The notes: generated by a model not told the origin, from the sequence alone. A stretch of 64,000 bases of DNA from Thermoanaerobaculia bacterium (GCA_038245905.1 JBBRRY010000006.1:1-64000), one strand, 5' to 3'; counted from the first letter of the stretch, positions 48,950 to 57,487 are shown. A program made the numbers and translations.

Positions 48950-49737
48950 GCGCCGCCTGCCGCGCGTTCGAGCAGCGCCTCGCCGAGGTGCTCGACCGCG
49001 CTCCGGAAGGGGCTGCCGGGCGCGCCGCTCGCGCTCTCGCTACCCACGACGAGCACGCGGCCAAATGCTCCGCCTGCGCGCTGCTGGCGTTGCTCGTCGC
49101 CGGGCATGCGGAGGTGTTCGCCTTCGTCGCCCGCCCGGCGCCCGCGCCCGGATTTCTCGAGCGCCTCTCCGGGACGCCTGCCGGCGCAAGCGCGCGCCAG
49201 CGCGCGGCGGAAGTTCTCTCCTTCCTCACCCCGGGCGCGCTCGCTCGCCCGGAACCGTCTCCGGCTCTTCTCGACCGCCTCCGCGTCGTCCCGGAGCTAC
49301 GGGCCGCCGAAGACGCGTCGAACGTGCGCCGCGGCGTCTTCCTCCGGCTGAAGCCCGTCGCGACCGACTGGCGGTTCGCGGTCGCGGCCGCATACGCAGC
49401 GACGTTCGTGATCGTCGCGCTGCTGCGCATCGACCCGATGTCCGCGGCCCGCGACGCGGCAAACGACCTGACGTCGGCGGGAGAGCGCGCTCTTTCCGAG
49501 GCGCGCGTCGCGGCGGTCCATCGCTTCGACGAGAGCGCCATCGGCCGCGCCGCGACCCCGATTGCGAAACGCCTCGACTACCGCGTCTATCGTGCGTTCG
49601 CCGCGGGCCGGGCCCGCGCCGTCGCTTATTCGCAGCTCATCTACGAGAAGGTCTTCGCCGGCGCCGTCGAGTCCCTGGCGGCTTCGGAGAAGGCGACGAA
49701 AAACCCGGAACCTTCCGGCTCCTTTCGACGTTCCTGA
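48946..49737 (+). CDS. Zinc-binding anti-sigma factor (ZAS) with TM helix
   Basis: N-terminal C...HAAKCSAC (HxxxCxxC), one TM helix, translationally coupled to the ECF sigma. Confidence 0.8.
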   Translation: MSAACRAFEQRLAEVLDRAPEGAAGRAARALATHDEHAAKCSACALLALLVAGHAEVFAFVARPAPAPGFLERLSGTPAGASARQRAAEVLSFLTPGALARPEPSPALLDRLRVVPELRAAEDASNVRRGVFLRLKPVATDWRFAVAAAYAATFVIVALLRIDPMSAARDAANDLTSAGERALSEARVAAVHRFDESAIGRAATPIAKRLDYRVYRAFAAGRARAVAYSQLIYEKVFAGAVESLAASEKATKNPEPSGSFRRS

Positions 49738-49752
49738 AGACAGGTGGAAACG

Positions 49753-50343
49753 ATGAACGAGACCAGCGTGAACCCCCAATCCCCGACGCCTCCTTCGCCA
49801 TCGCCGGTGCCGCCTCCCCCCCCGATCGCGTTCGGCTCCTCGGGGCAGCAGCCGGCCGCGCCTCCGCTGCCGAAGAATCCCGGCGCCGCCGGGGCCCTCG
49901 GGATCATTCCCGGCATGGGGCACCTGTACCTCGGCCTCTACCAGCGCGCCGCGATCCTCTTCGGGATCTGGGTCCTGTTCATCTCGCTGGCCGAACACTC
50001 GCACGGTCCCTTCCCGGGCATCGCGATTCCGTTCTGGATGGTCTTCTCCATCATCGACGCGTCGCGCCAGGCGAAGGCGATCAACGCGACGGGCCGGCCC
50101 GAGGCGAATATTCTCGGCTCGGACGAACCCGTAAGAGTGAGCGGCAGCCTCACGGCCGGCATCCTCCTGATCCTGATCGGCGGCTTCCTGCTCTTGAACC
50201 GATTCGTGACGATCGACCTGTCCTTCCTGAACGACTGGTGGCCGATTCTCCTCGTCGCCTTCGGCGCCTGGCAGGTGTTCCGCCACTACCAGAGCAGGCG
50301 GGACGTCGCGAACGACGTCTCGACAGGCTCAATCACCCAATGA
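49753..50343 (+). CDS. Membrane protein (TM2-like + LiaF/DUF5668-like)
   Basis: Pro-rich N-terminus, IPGMGHLYLG and GILLILIG...WWPILL motifs; typical third gene of ECF envelope-stress units. Confidence 0.75.
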   Translation: MNETSVNPQSPTPPSPSPVPPPPPIAFGSSGQQPAAPPLPKNPGAAGALGIIPGMGHLYLGLYQRAAILFGIWVLFISLAEHSHGPFPGIAIPFWMVFSIIDASRQAKAINATGRPEANILGSDEPVRVSGSLTAGILLILIGGFLLLNRFVTIDLSFLNDWWPILLVAFGAWQVFRHYQSRRDVANDVSTGSITQ

Positions 50344-50865
50344 CGTGACGAGCACGACCGTCTTTTCGAGGATCGCGCCCGAGCGCGGGTCGATCAGATG
50401 GTCCTCGATGTCGATCTCGAGGGCTCCGTCCGCACGGCTCCACCGTGCGGATTTTCCCCGCCGGCCCGCCGCCTTCGCCACGGAGGCGGCGTTGGCCTGT
50501 ATCGCACCGCTCTTCATTCCATCCCGAAGGTCGGCTTCGAGATTCCGCTCCGCGAAGATGAACCGCGCCTCGGGGAGCTGCTTTTCATAGGCTGCCACGG
50601 ACTCGTCGACGGACTTCGCCGTCGTGTAGGCCACGATGCGGAGCTTCCCGAGGCGTTTTTTGATCTCGGCCTTCTCGGCGGCGCTCCGGGACGTGTCCGC
50701 GTCGAGACGTGCGCTCACGCTCCGCGTCTCGACCGCCGCCCGGTCGCTGAAAACCTGCGTGAGGACGGGATCGATCTCCCCTCCCGGCGGAAACGGGATT
50801 CCCGCGATCGGCGAGGCCGGGTCCGCGAGGACGAGGGCGAGCGCGAGCACGAATGAAACGGCCAT
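50329..50865 (-). CDS. Secreted hypothetical protein
   Basis: Signal-like N-terminus MAVSFVLALALVLA; upstream TAGAAT. Confidence 0.6.
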   Translation of the reverse strand: MAVSFVLALALVLADPASPIAGIPFPPGGEIDPVLTQVFSDRAAVETRSVSARLDADTSRSAAEKAEIKKRLGKLRIVAYTTAKSVDESVAAYEKQLPEARFIFAERNLEADLRDGMKSGAIQANAASVAKAAGRRGKSARWSRADGALEIDIEDHLIDPRSGAILEKTVVLVTSLGD

Positions 50866-50909
50866 CTCTTCCCTGCTTCTTTCTCTCTCTCTATTCTAGT
50901 GTCGCCGCC

Positions 50910-51836
50910 TCACGTGCGCATCTTGACCACGATCTCGGCCGGTTGCCCTGCGACGTACCGGAGTGAGCACTCGGCAAATCCCTCGCACCGGACGCAGATT
51001 CCATCACGGTCGCCCTTGAAGTCGACGGGTTTGCAGATGTTCACGCCGGGCGCGACGAGCTTCGCGAGCTCCGAGGCAAACTCGCGCTGGCGCGGCGGCG
51101 GGTCGCCGCCCCCCTGCGTCGCACGGCGGAGGTCCTCGACCTTCGGAAACAGCTCCCGGTTGCGTCGTTCGAGCGCCGCGTCCTCGCGCACCGCCCCCGC
51201 GGTCTTCACCGCGACCACGGCCTGTTTCGCGGCCTTCTTCGCGCGAGTCCCGCCGCGGTGACGGATCCAGAAAAAGAGAAACCCCGCCCCCGCTCCGGCG
51301 ACGCTCACGAAACCCGCGCCCGGCCGTCCGGCGAGCGTCGCCTGCAGGAGCCCCCAGGCGAGGCTCGCGAGCGCCAGCCAGGCAAGCCACTTCACCTTCA
51401 CCGGAATGACGAAGAAGATCAGGAACTGCATGTCGGGAAACAGGTACGCGTACGCGAAAAGCAGCGAGGCGCCCGTCAGGACCCCGCCCGAGAGCAGCGG
51501 AGTTCCGGTTGCGAGGGCCGCGAGCGAAGCGCCCAGCGTCGATATGAGCCAGAAGACCGTGAACTCGGCGGTCCCCCACTCCATCTCGAGGGCCGATCCG
51601 AGGATGTAGAGAACGAGCGTGCCGAAAAACAGCCCGAAGGGTTCCTGGTGGAGGAACTGATAGGTCAGGAACGTCCACGGCCTCTCGAACGCCGCGCCCG
51701 GATCGAATCCGAAGAGCGAGAACGTCCTCTTGGGATCCATCTTCACCAGGAAGAAGAAAATGAAGTGGAGGCCGCAGAGCGGCATCGTGAGGCCGAGCTT
51801 CGGCCCGAAAAGGTCGTTGCGGTCGTGCAGGCTCAT
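50910..51836 (-). CDS. Rhomboid-like membrane protein with Cys-rich C-terminal domain
   Basis: PWTFLTYQFLH, GSALEMEWG and FFVIPVKVKWL motifs; C-terminal C..CVRC....EC; ATGA-coupled to mutL. Confidence 0.75.
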   Translation of the reverse strand: MSLHDRNDLFGPKLGLTMPLCGLHFIFFFLVKMDPKRTFSLFGFDPGAAFERPWTFLTYQFLHQEPFGLFFGTLVLYILGSALEMEWGTAEFTVFWLISTLGASLAALATGTPLLSGGVLTGASLLFAYAYLFPDMQFLIFFVIPVKVKWLAWLALASLAWGLLQATLAGRPGAGFVSVAGAGAGFLFFWIRHRGGTRAKKAAKQAVVAVKTAGAVREDAALERRNRELFPKVEDLRRATQGGGDPPPRQREFASELAKLVAPGVNICKPVDFKGDRDGICVRCEGFAECSLRYVAGQPAEIVVKMRT

Positions 51837-53683
51837 CCGCGCCTCCCGAAGCGCTTCTCGAGCTCCTCGTGCGAGAAGGTGAGAAGGATCGGGCGTCCGT
51901 GCGGGCATGTCCACGGATCCCGGCAAGCCGCGAGGTCGCTCAGAAGTCTCGCGGCCTCGGCCGGGGCGAGGCGATGATTGATCGTGATCGCGCCGCGGCA
52001 GGCGAGAGATGCCGCGAGGACCTCACGCCGGAGCGCGGACGACGGCTCGGAGCCTTCGGACAGCGCGGCGACGCGCGCGAGATAGTCGCGGAGCGCGGGC
52101 CGTACCGACGCGGCCGGTGTCTCGGGAGGCGCCGCGGAGACGAGGAACGTGCGGCCCGACAGCTCCGACACCAGGAAGCCCGCGTCCGAAAGCAGCGCCT
52201 CGGAGCCCGAGAGGAGAGCCGCCTCGTCCGGCGACGCCTCGAACACGACGGGCTCGAGAAGACTCTGGGAAGAGGTCCCGGCGGATTCGAGACGCGAGAG
52301 AAACTTCTCGTACCGCACGCGCTCGTGCGCCACGTGCTGGTCGATGAGGACGAGCCCGTCGGGACCTTCGGCGACGAGGAAGGAGTCATGGTACTGGCCG
52401 AGGAGCCTCAGTTCGCCGATCGGAGAAGAAGAGAGAAAAGAGGAGGGAGAAGAGGGATTCTCTTCTGAATAGGAAGAAAGCGACGGGCCGGGTGCGATCG
52501 CGTCGAGCAGCGTCCGCGTGTCCCCGCCGTCGCGCGTGGCGTCCGCGCCGTAGCGGGCAGGTCCCTCGCCGAGCCACGCCGCGGCCCCGCGCCCTCTTCC
52601 CCTTTCAAAGAAATCTTCTCTTCCTCCTTCTCTTCCTCCTTCTCTTCCTCTTCCGTCTCCGAAAGCATCCCCCTCGACCGCGATCGCGCTTTTTCCACCC
52701 GTCAGCGCCGCGACGAGGCCGCGGTGGACCAGGGAATGGACCGCGTTCGAATCGCGAAAGCGGACCTCGAGCTTCTGCGGGTGCACGTTCACGTCACAGA
52801 GCTCCGGGTCCAAGGTGAGAAAAAGAGCGAATGCGAGGTGGCGGTCCGAGCGGAGGACCTCGCGTGAGGCGAGGGAGACGGCGTGGAGAATGGTCGCATC
52901 CCGGATGGCGCGGCCGTTTACGAAAAACCACTGATGGGCGCGCGAGGGAAACGTGGTTTCGGCCGGCGTCACGGCGCCTGTCAGGGTCATGCCGCCGAAG
53001 GCGAAATCCACGTCAATGGGGCGCGCCGCGGCTGCGAGGCCCATGACTTCCCGAAACCGTGCTGCCGCGCCTTCCGCGGCGGGCAGGTCGAGCAGAAGGC
53101 GCGGACCCGCGCGCAGGGTGAACGCCACGTCGGGGCGCGAGAGAGCGAGGGCGGTGACCGCCTTCACGATGGCGCGCAACTCCGCCTCGGCGCTCTTCTG
53201 AAACTTGCGCCGCGCCGGGACGTTCCCGAAAAGGTCCTCCACGACGACGCGCGTGCCCTTCGGGTGCCGCGCCGGCGACACGCACGGAGGCGCACCGCGG
53301 TCGGCAACGACCTCGGTTCCGAGCCCGGACGCGTCCATGGACGTCGTGAGGACGAGGCGCGAGACGGACGCGATCGAGGGAAGCGCCTCGCCACGGAAGC
53401 CCATCGTGCCGATCCGGGTCATGTCCTCGAAGCTGCGGATCTTCGAGGTCGCGTGGCGTTCGAGAGCCATCCGCGCGTCCTCTCGCGACATGCCCGAACC
53501 GTCGTCCGTGACCTCGAGCCGCACGATCCCGCCGCCTTCCACGTCGACCGCGACGCGGCGGGCACAGGCGTCGAGCGCGTTCTCCAGGAGCTCCTTGACG
53601 GCGGACGCCGGACGCTCGACGACCTCGCCCGCGGCGATTTGATCGACGAGGGCGTCCGAAAGAACGCGAACGGGCCCGGGCAC
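51833..53683 (-). CDS. mutL: DNA mismatch repair endonuclease MutL
   Basis: IAAGEVVERPAS, GFRGEAL, DVNVHPQK, DQHVAHER, ACR and CPHGRP motifs. Confidence 0.98.
   Translation of the reverse strand: MPGPVRVLSDALVDQIAAGEVVERPASAVKELLENALDACARRVAVDVEGGGIVRLEVTDDGSGMSREDARMALERHATSKIRSFEDMTRIGTMGFRGEALPSIASVSRLVLTTSMDASGLGTEVVADRGAPPCVSPARHPKGTRVVVEDLFGNVPARRKFQKSAEAELRAIVKAVTALALSRPDVAFTLRAGPRLLLDLPAAEGAAARFREVMGLAAAARPIDVDFAFGGMTLTGAVTPAETTFPSRAHQWFFVNGRAIRDATILHAVSLASREVLRSDRHLAFALFLTLDPELCDVNVHPQKLEVRFRDSNAVHSLVHRGLVAALTGGKSAIAVEGDAFGDGRGREGGREGGREDFFERGRGRGAAAWLGEGPARYGADATRDGGDTRTLLDAIAPGPSLSSYSEENPSSPSSFLSSSPIGELRLLGQYHDSFLVAEGPDGLVLIDQHVAHERVRYEKFLSRLESAGTSSQSLLEPVVFEASPDEAALLSGSEALLSDAGFLVSELSGRTFLVSAAPPETPAASVRPALRDYLARVAALSEGSEPSSALRREVLAASLACRGAITINHRLAPAEAARLLSDLAACRDPWTCPHGRPILLTFSHEELEKRFGRRG
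52422..52660. repeat. Purine tract plus pyrimidine tract with dispersed element and 3x12-bp tandem repeat in the mutL linker
   Basis: Purine run at 52422-52480; CTCTTCCCCTTTCAAAGAAAT followed by (CTTCTCTTCCTC)x3 at 52615-52650. Confidence 0.85.
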
Positions 53684-53693
53684 GGGCGGGATG

Positions 53694-55106
53694 TTAGCGG
53701 TTCTTCAGAACGGTGACGGCCCTCTCGACATCCTCGAGCTCCCGCGGCAGGTCGCACGACAGGCACTCCGGGCCCTTCTCGGTGACGAGGACGTCGTCCT
53801 CGATGCGCACGCCGGTGTTCCACCACTTCGAGTCGACGCCTTCCGTCTTCTCGGGAATGTAGATACCGGGCTCGACCGTGAGGACCATCCCGGGCCGGAG
53901 CTTCGCTCCGTAGGACATGCTTGCCGCGAACCGGTCCTTCGGGTCGGGCAACGCGCCCGGCTCGTAGCTCCCCGCATCGTGGACGTCGAGGCCGAGCCAG
54001 TGTCCGGCCCCGTGCGGGAGGAACTTCGCGAACGAGCGGTCCTTCACGAGGTCTTCGCGCGTGCCCTTCAGGAGTCCGAGCTTCACGAGGCCATCCACGA
54101 CCACCGCGACGGCAGTGTCCTGGATCTCGTGATACGCGGCGCCCGGGAGGGCCTTCGCGATCCCGGCCTTCTGCGCCGCGAGGACGATCTCGTAGAGCGC
54201 CTTCTGCTCCGCTGAGAACTTTCCGCTCACGGGATACGTCCGCGTGATGTCCGCCGCGTACATCCCGTACTCGCAGGCCGTGTCGTTCACGAGGACTTCG
54301 CCCGCCGCCATCGTGCGGCTCGCGTCCGGGTAGTGGAAGACGACGGAGTTCGGCCCGGAGCCGACGATCGGCGGGTAGGCCATGCGCACCCCGCCGCCCA
54401 CGAGACACGCCGAGACCTGGGCGGCCTTCAGGACACCTTCGTTCACGCCGGCGCCTGCGAGCGCCATCGCGGCGAGATGGCCGCGCACGCTGAGCGCCAC
54501 GGCCTCGCGCATGAGCGCGAGCTCGGTCGCGTCCTTCACGAGGCGCATCTGGCCGGCGTGGACCGAAACGTCGGTCGCGGCCAGCCCCTCTGTCCCGGCG
54601 TGCGCCATGCGATTCCAGCCGGTCAGCAGCTTCTCGCGGAACTCCTCGTCGCCCGCGTCAAGGTAGAAGAGCGACTTCGCGCCGCGCATCGCGTCCTTAA
54701 ATTCCTTCTCGAAGTCCGCAACAGGAAAGGCCGAGTCGGCTCCGTACATCTTCTTCGCGCCCTCGATCCCGGCCCGGCGGCCCGTCCACTGCTCGGCGCG
54801 CCACTCGTTCGGGCGCACGAAGAGGAGGTACCGCTTGCCCTCCGGCGCGGAGAGCCGGAGAACGGCGATTGAATCCGGCTCGGCGAAGCCCGTCAGATAC
54901 CAGAAGTTCGAGTCGGCTCGGTACGCGTCGCCGACCTCGACGGGCGGCTCGGCCGGCGCGCGGAGAACGACGACGGCGTCCTTCGGGAGCTTCAGGGCGA
55001 GCGCGGCGCGGTGCGCGGCGAACCACTCGGGACCTGGCGCGGGCGGGCCGGCGAGGACGGCGGACGAGGAAACGAGAAGGGCCGCGGCGAGCGACACGAG
55101 GCGCAT
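53694..55106 (-). CDS. pepP: Xaa-Pro aminopeptidase (M24B) with signal peptide
   Basis: YRADSNFWYLTG, YAADITRT, HGAGHWLGLDVHD, TVEPGIY and GVRIEDD motifs. Confidence 0.9.
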   Translation of the reverse strand: MRLVSLAAALLVSSSAVLAGPPAPGPEWFAAHRAALALKLPKDAVVVLRAPAEPPVEVGDAYRADSNFWYLTGFAEPDSIAVLRLSAPEGKRYLLFVRPNEWRAEQWTGRRAGIEGAKKMYGADSAFPVADFEKEFKDAMRGAKSLFYLDAGDEEFREKLLTGWNRMAHAGTEGLAATDVSVHAGQMRLVKDATELALMREAVALSVRGHLAAMALAGAGVNEGVLKAAQVSACLVGGGVRMAYPPIVGSGPNSVVFHYPDASRTMAAGEVLVNDTACEYGMYAADITRTYPVSGKFSAEQKALYEIVLAAQKAGIAKALPGAAYHEIQDTAVAVVVDGLVKLGLLKGTREDLVKDRSFAKFLPHGAGHWLGLDVHDAGSYEPGALPDPKDRFAASMSYGAKLRPGMVLTVEPGIYIPEKTEGVDSKWWNTGVRIEDDVLVTEKGPECLSCDLPRELEDVERAVTVLKNR

Positions 55107-55146
55107 GGGTTCCTCCAGTGGGCCGGAGTCTAGTCGGGTCGCTGTC

Positions 55147-55938
55147 TCAGACGGGGCCGGGTGCCGGCAATCGGCGCCCCTCCTCGACCCGACCGAGCAG
55201 CCTGAGCAGGCCGTCCAGGATCGTGAGCGGGTGCGGCGGGCAGCCGGGAATGAAGAGGTCGACGGGGACCACGGACGACGCGCCGCCGTGCTGCTCCGGA
55301 TGGCCCGCGTACGGTCCCCCGCTGATCGCGCAGGCTCCGACGGCGATGACGATCTTCGGCTCCGGGACCGCGTCGTACGTCTTCCGGAGCGCGAGCCGCA
55401 TGTTCTCGGTCACGGGCCCCGTGACGAGGAGGCCGTCCGCGTGGCGCGGAGACGCGACGTAGTTGATCCCGAACCGTCCGAGGTCCCAGCCGATCGTGCC
55501 GAGCACGTTGACGTCCGTGCTGCACGCGTTGCAGTCGCCTGCGCTCACGACGCGCAGCTTCAAGGAACGGCCGAAGAGGCGGAGGAGCTTCCGGTCGAGC
55601 GCCTTCGCGAGTGCGAGCTCCTGACCGCGCGCGACGAGGTCGTCCCGCCCGCGGGTCGCGAGGCGGTAGTCGTTCGTGAAGGCGACGGCGCCCTCCGGGC
55701 AGGCCTCGACGCACGCCGTGCAGAAGAGGCACTTGCCGAGATCGAGGGCGAGCGGCCCCTCCCCGGCGATCGCGTCCGTCGGGCAGACGTCGGCGCAGGA
55801 GCGGCAGCCGTCCGGGCACTTCGCGGGATCGAGCGCGGGGGCGCCCCGGAACCGGTCTGGCAGCGCGGGGGGCTCGCCCGCCGGGAACTCCATCGTCCGG
55901 TGGCCCTGGTGTGCGCGCGCGAGCAGCGCTTTCAGCAT
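55147..55938 (-). CDS. Fused 2x[4Fe-4S] ferredoxin + NuoB/HycG-like small subunit
   Basis: CxxxCxxCxxxCP and CxxCxxCxxxCP, then CNAC, ASPRHAD, GACAISGG and PGCPP. Confidence 0.92.
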   Translation of the reverse strand: MLKALLARAHQGHRTMEFPAGEPPALPDRFRGAPALDPAKCPDGCRSCADVCPTDAIAGEGPLALDLGKCLFCTACVEACPEGAVAFTNDYRLATRGRDDLVARGQELALAKALDRKLLRLFGRSLKLRVVSAGDCNACSTDVNVLGTIGWDLGRFGINYVASPRHADGLLVTGPVTENMRLALRKTYDAVPEPKIVIAVGACAISGGPYAGHPEQHGGASSVVPVDLFIPGCPPHPLTILDGLLRLLGRVEEGRRLPAPGPV

Positions 55939-55948
55939 CGGAACTCCC

Positions 55949-57487
55949 TCACAGGTCGTGGCCGCAATAGGAGAGGTTGAAGCTCTTGTTGCACAGCGGG
56001 AAGTCCGAAATCTGGCCGTCCCTCAGCGCGAGCGCGAGAGCGAACCAGTTGTGGAAGGACGGATCGGTGATCTTGTAGCGGGAGAAGAGCCCGGCCGCGT
56101 CGGTCACGGCGACGTGACAGACCTCCCCGCGCCAGCCCTCCGTGAGCGACACGACGAGCGCCTCCGGCTTCATCGCGCCCGGGACGACGGAGGTCCCGCC
56201 CGCGGGCAGCTCGTCGAGCTGGTCGAGGATGAACGAGATCGACTGCTGGATCTCGAGCCAGCGGACGTAGGCGCGCGAGTTGACGTCTCCGTGGTGCGCC
56301 GTCATGACGGGAAGGTGGACGAAGCGGTAGATGCCCGCGGGGAAATCGTGCCGAACGTCCCGCAGGATGCTGCACGCGCGCGCGGCAGGCCCGACGAGTC
56401 CCAGGCTTTCCGCGTCCTCCTGCGAAACGGTCCCTGTCCCGTCGAAGCGCTCCCTCACACTCGGCGTCTCCCAGAGGAGCTCCACCGCCTCCGTGACGTC
56501 GCGCCGCGCCACGGCGATCCGGGACCTGAGGGCGTCCACCTGAGCGGGGAGGAGGTCGAAGCCGACGCCGCCCGGCCGGACGAGGCCCCGCCCGAAGCGC
56601 GAGCCGCAGATCTCGGCCGTCATGTTCAGGAAATCTCCGCGCAGGCGTCCGCAATAGGAAGCCGTGGGGAGATACGCGACGTCACCCGCGAGCGCCCCAA
56701 GGTCTCCCACGTGGTTCGCCAGCCGCTCGAGCTCCAGCGCGACGCCGCGGATCGCGTGGGCACGCGCCGGAACGGGCGCACCCGCCAGCGCCTCGACCGC
56801 CTGTGCGTAAGCGAGGGCGTGGCCGATGGTCGTGTCGCCCGCGACGGTCTCCATGTACGGGAGGGTCCGCTTCGTCGGCCCACCGAGGAGCGCGCGTTCG
56901 ACGCCGCGATGCTGGTATCCGAGAGCGATCTCGAGGTGGAAGACCCGCTCGCCGTGGCACTGGAACCGGAAGTGTCCGGGCTCGATCACGCCGGCGTGGA
57001 CCGGCCCGACTGCGACTTCGTGCACCTCGTCTCCCTCGACGCGGAAGAACTCCGTTACTCCCGGCAGGATCGGGGCGTCGGGCGGCCGCTCCCAGGCGTC
57101 GCGATTCGGGCGATACGAAGGGTGGAAACGAACGGGCTTGAACCAGGGGTGTCCCTCGAACGCCAGGCCGAACTGCTCGGCGATCTCCCGCTCGAAGAGA
57201 TGCGCCTGCGCGACCTCGGGGACGACGGACCCGAAGGAGGTGCCGCCCGCGGTCGTGCGTGCGACGGAGAGCCGCCCGTTCGGGTCGTCCGCGAGCACGG
57301 CGAAGAGCGAGAGGCCGTCGTCCCCTCCCCGCTCCCCGACCCGGTCCGCGCCGAAATACGAGACGACGCGTCTTCTCTTCTCGCGGACGCCGTCGACGAG
57401 CCACGTGCGGAACGCGGGGGGCTCGAGCCAGGGCACGTCCCTGAGCGGGAAGGCGCGCCCGTTCCGGATTACGACGCCCGGCGTCAC
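55949..57487 (-). CDS. HycE/HyfG-like (NuoC+D) large subunit without NiFe ligands (Ehr-type)
   Basis: FEREIAE, VGPVHAGVIEPGHFRF, LELERLANH and EGWRGE motifs; ends DFPLCNKSFNLSYCGHDL. Confidence 0.9.
   Translation of the reverse strand: MTPGVVIRNGRAFPLRDVPWLEPPAFRTWLVDGVREKRRRVVSYFGADRVGERGGDDGLSLFAVLADDPNGRLSVARTTAGGTSFGSVVPEVAQAHLFEREIAEQFGLAFEGHPWFKPVRFHPSYRPNRDAWERPPDAPILPGVTEFFRVEGDEVHEVAVGPVHAGVIEPGHFRFQCHGERVFHLEIALGYQHRGVERALLGGPTKRTLPYMETVAGDTTIGHALAYAQAVEALAGAPVPARAHAIRGVALELERLANHVGDLGALAGDVAYLPTASYCGRLRGDFLNMTAEICGSRFGRGLVRPGGVGFDLLPAQVDALRSRIAVARRDVTEAVELLWETPSVRERFDGTGTVSQEDAESLGLVGPAARACSILRDVRHDFPAGIYRFVHLPVMTAHHGDVNSRAYVRWLEIQQSISFILDQLDELPAGGTSVVPGAMKPEALVVSLTEGWRGEVCHVAVTDAAGLFSRYKITDPSFHNWFALALALRDGQISDFPLCNKSFNLSYCGHDL

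Noticed and set aside
50866-50898. Intergenic CT-rich tract
   Set aside because: Pyrimidine run without the core; explained as a purine-rich leader after a TAGAAT -10, though it may be related.
2027-52660. Dispersed element as a KOPS/Chi-like polar motif (ftsK is nearby)
   Set aside because: Copies occur about equally in both orientations within the window, unlike replichore-polarised motifs.
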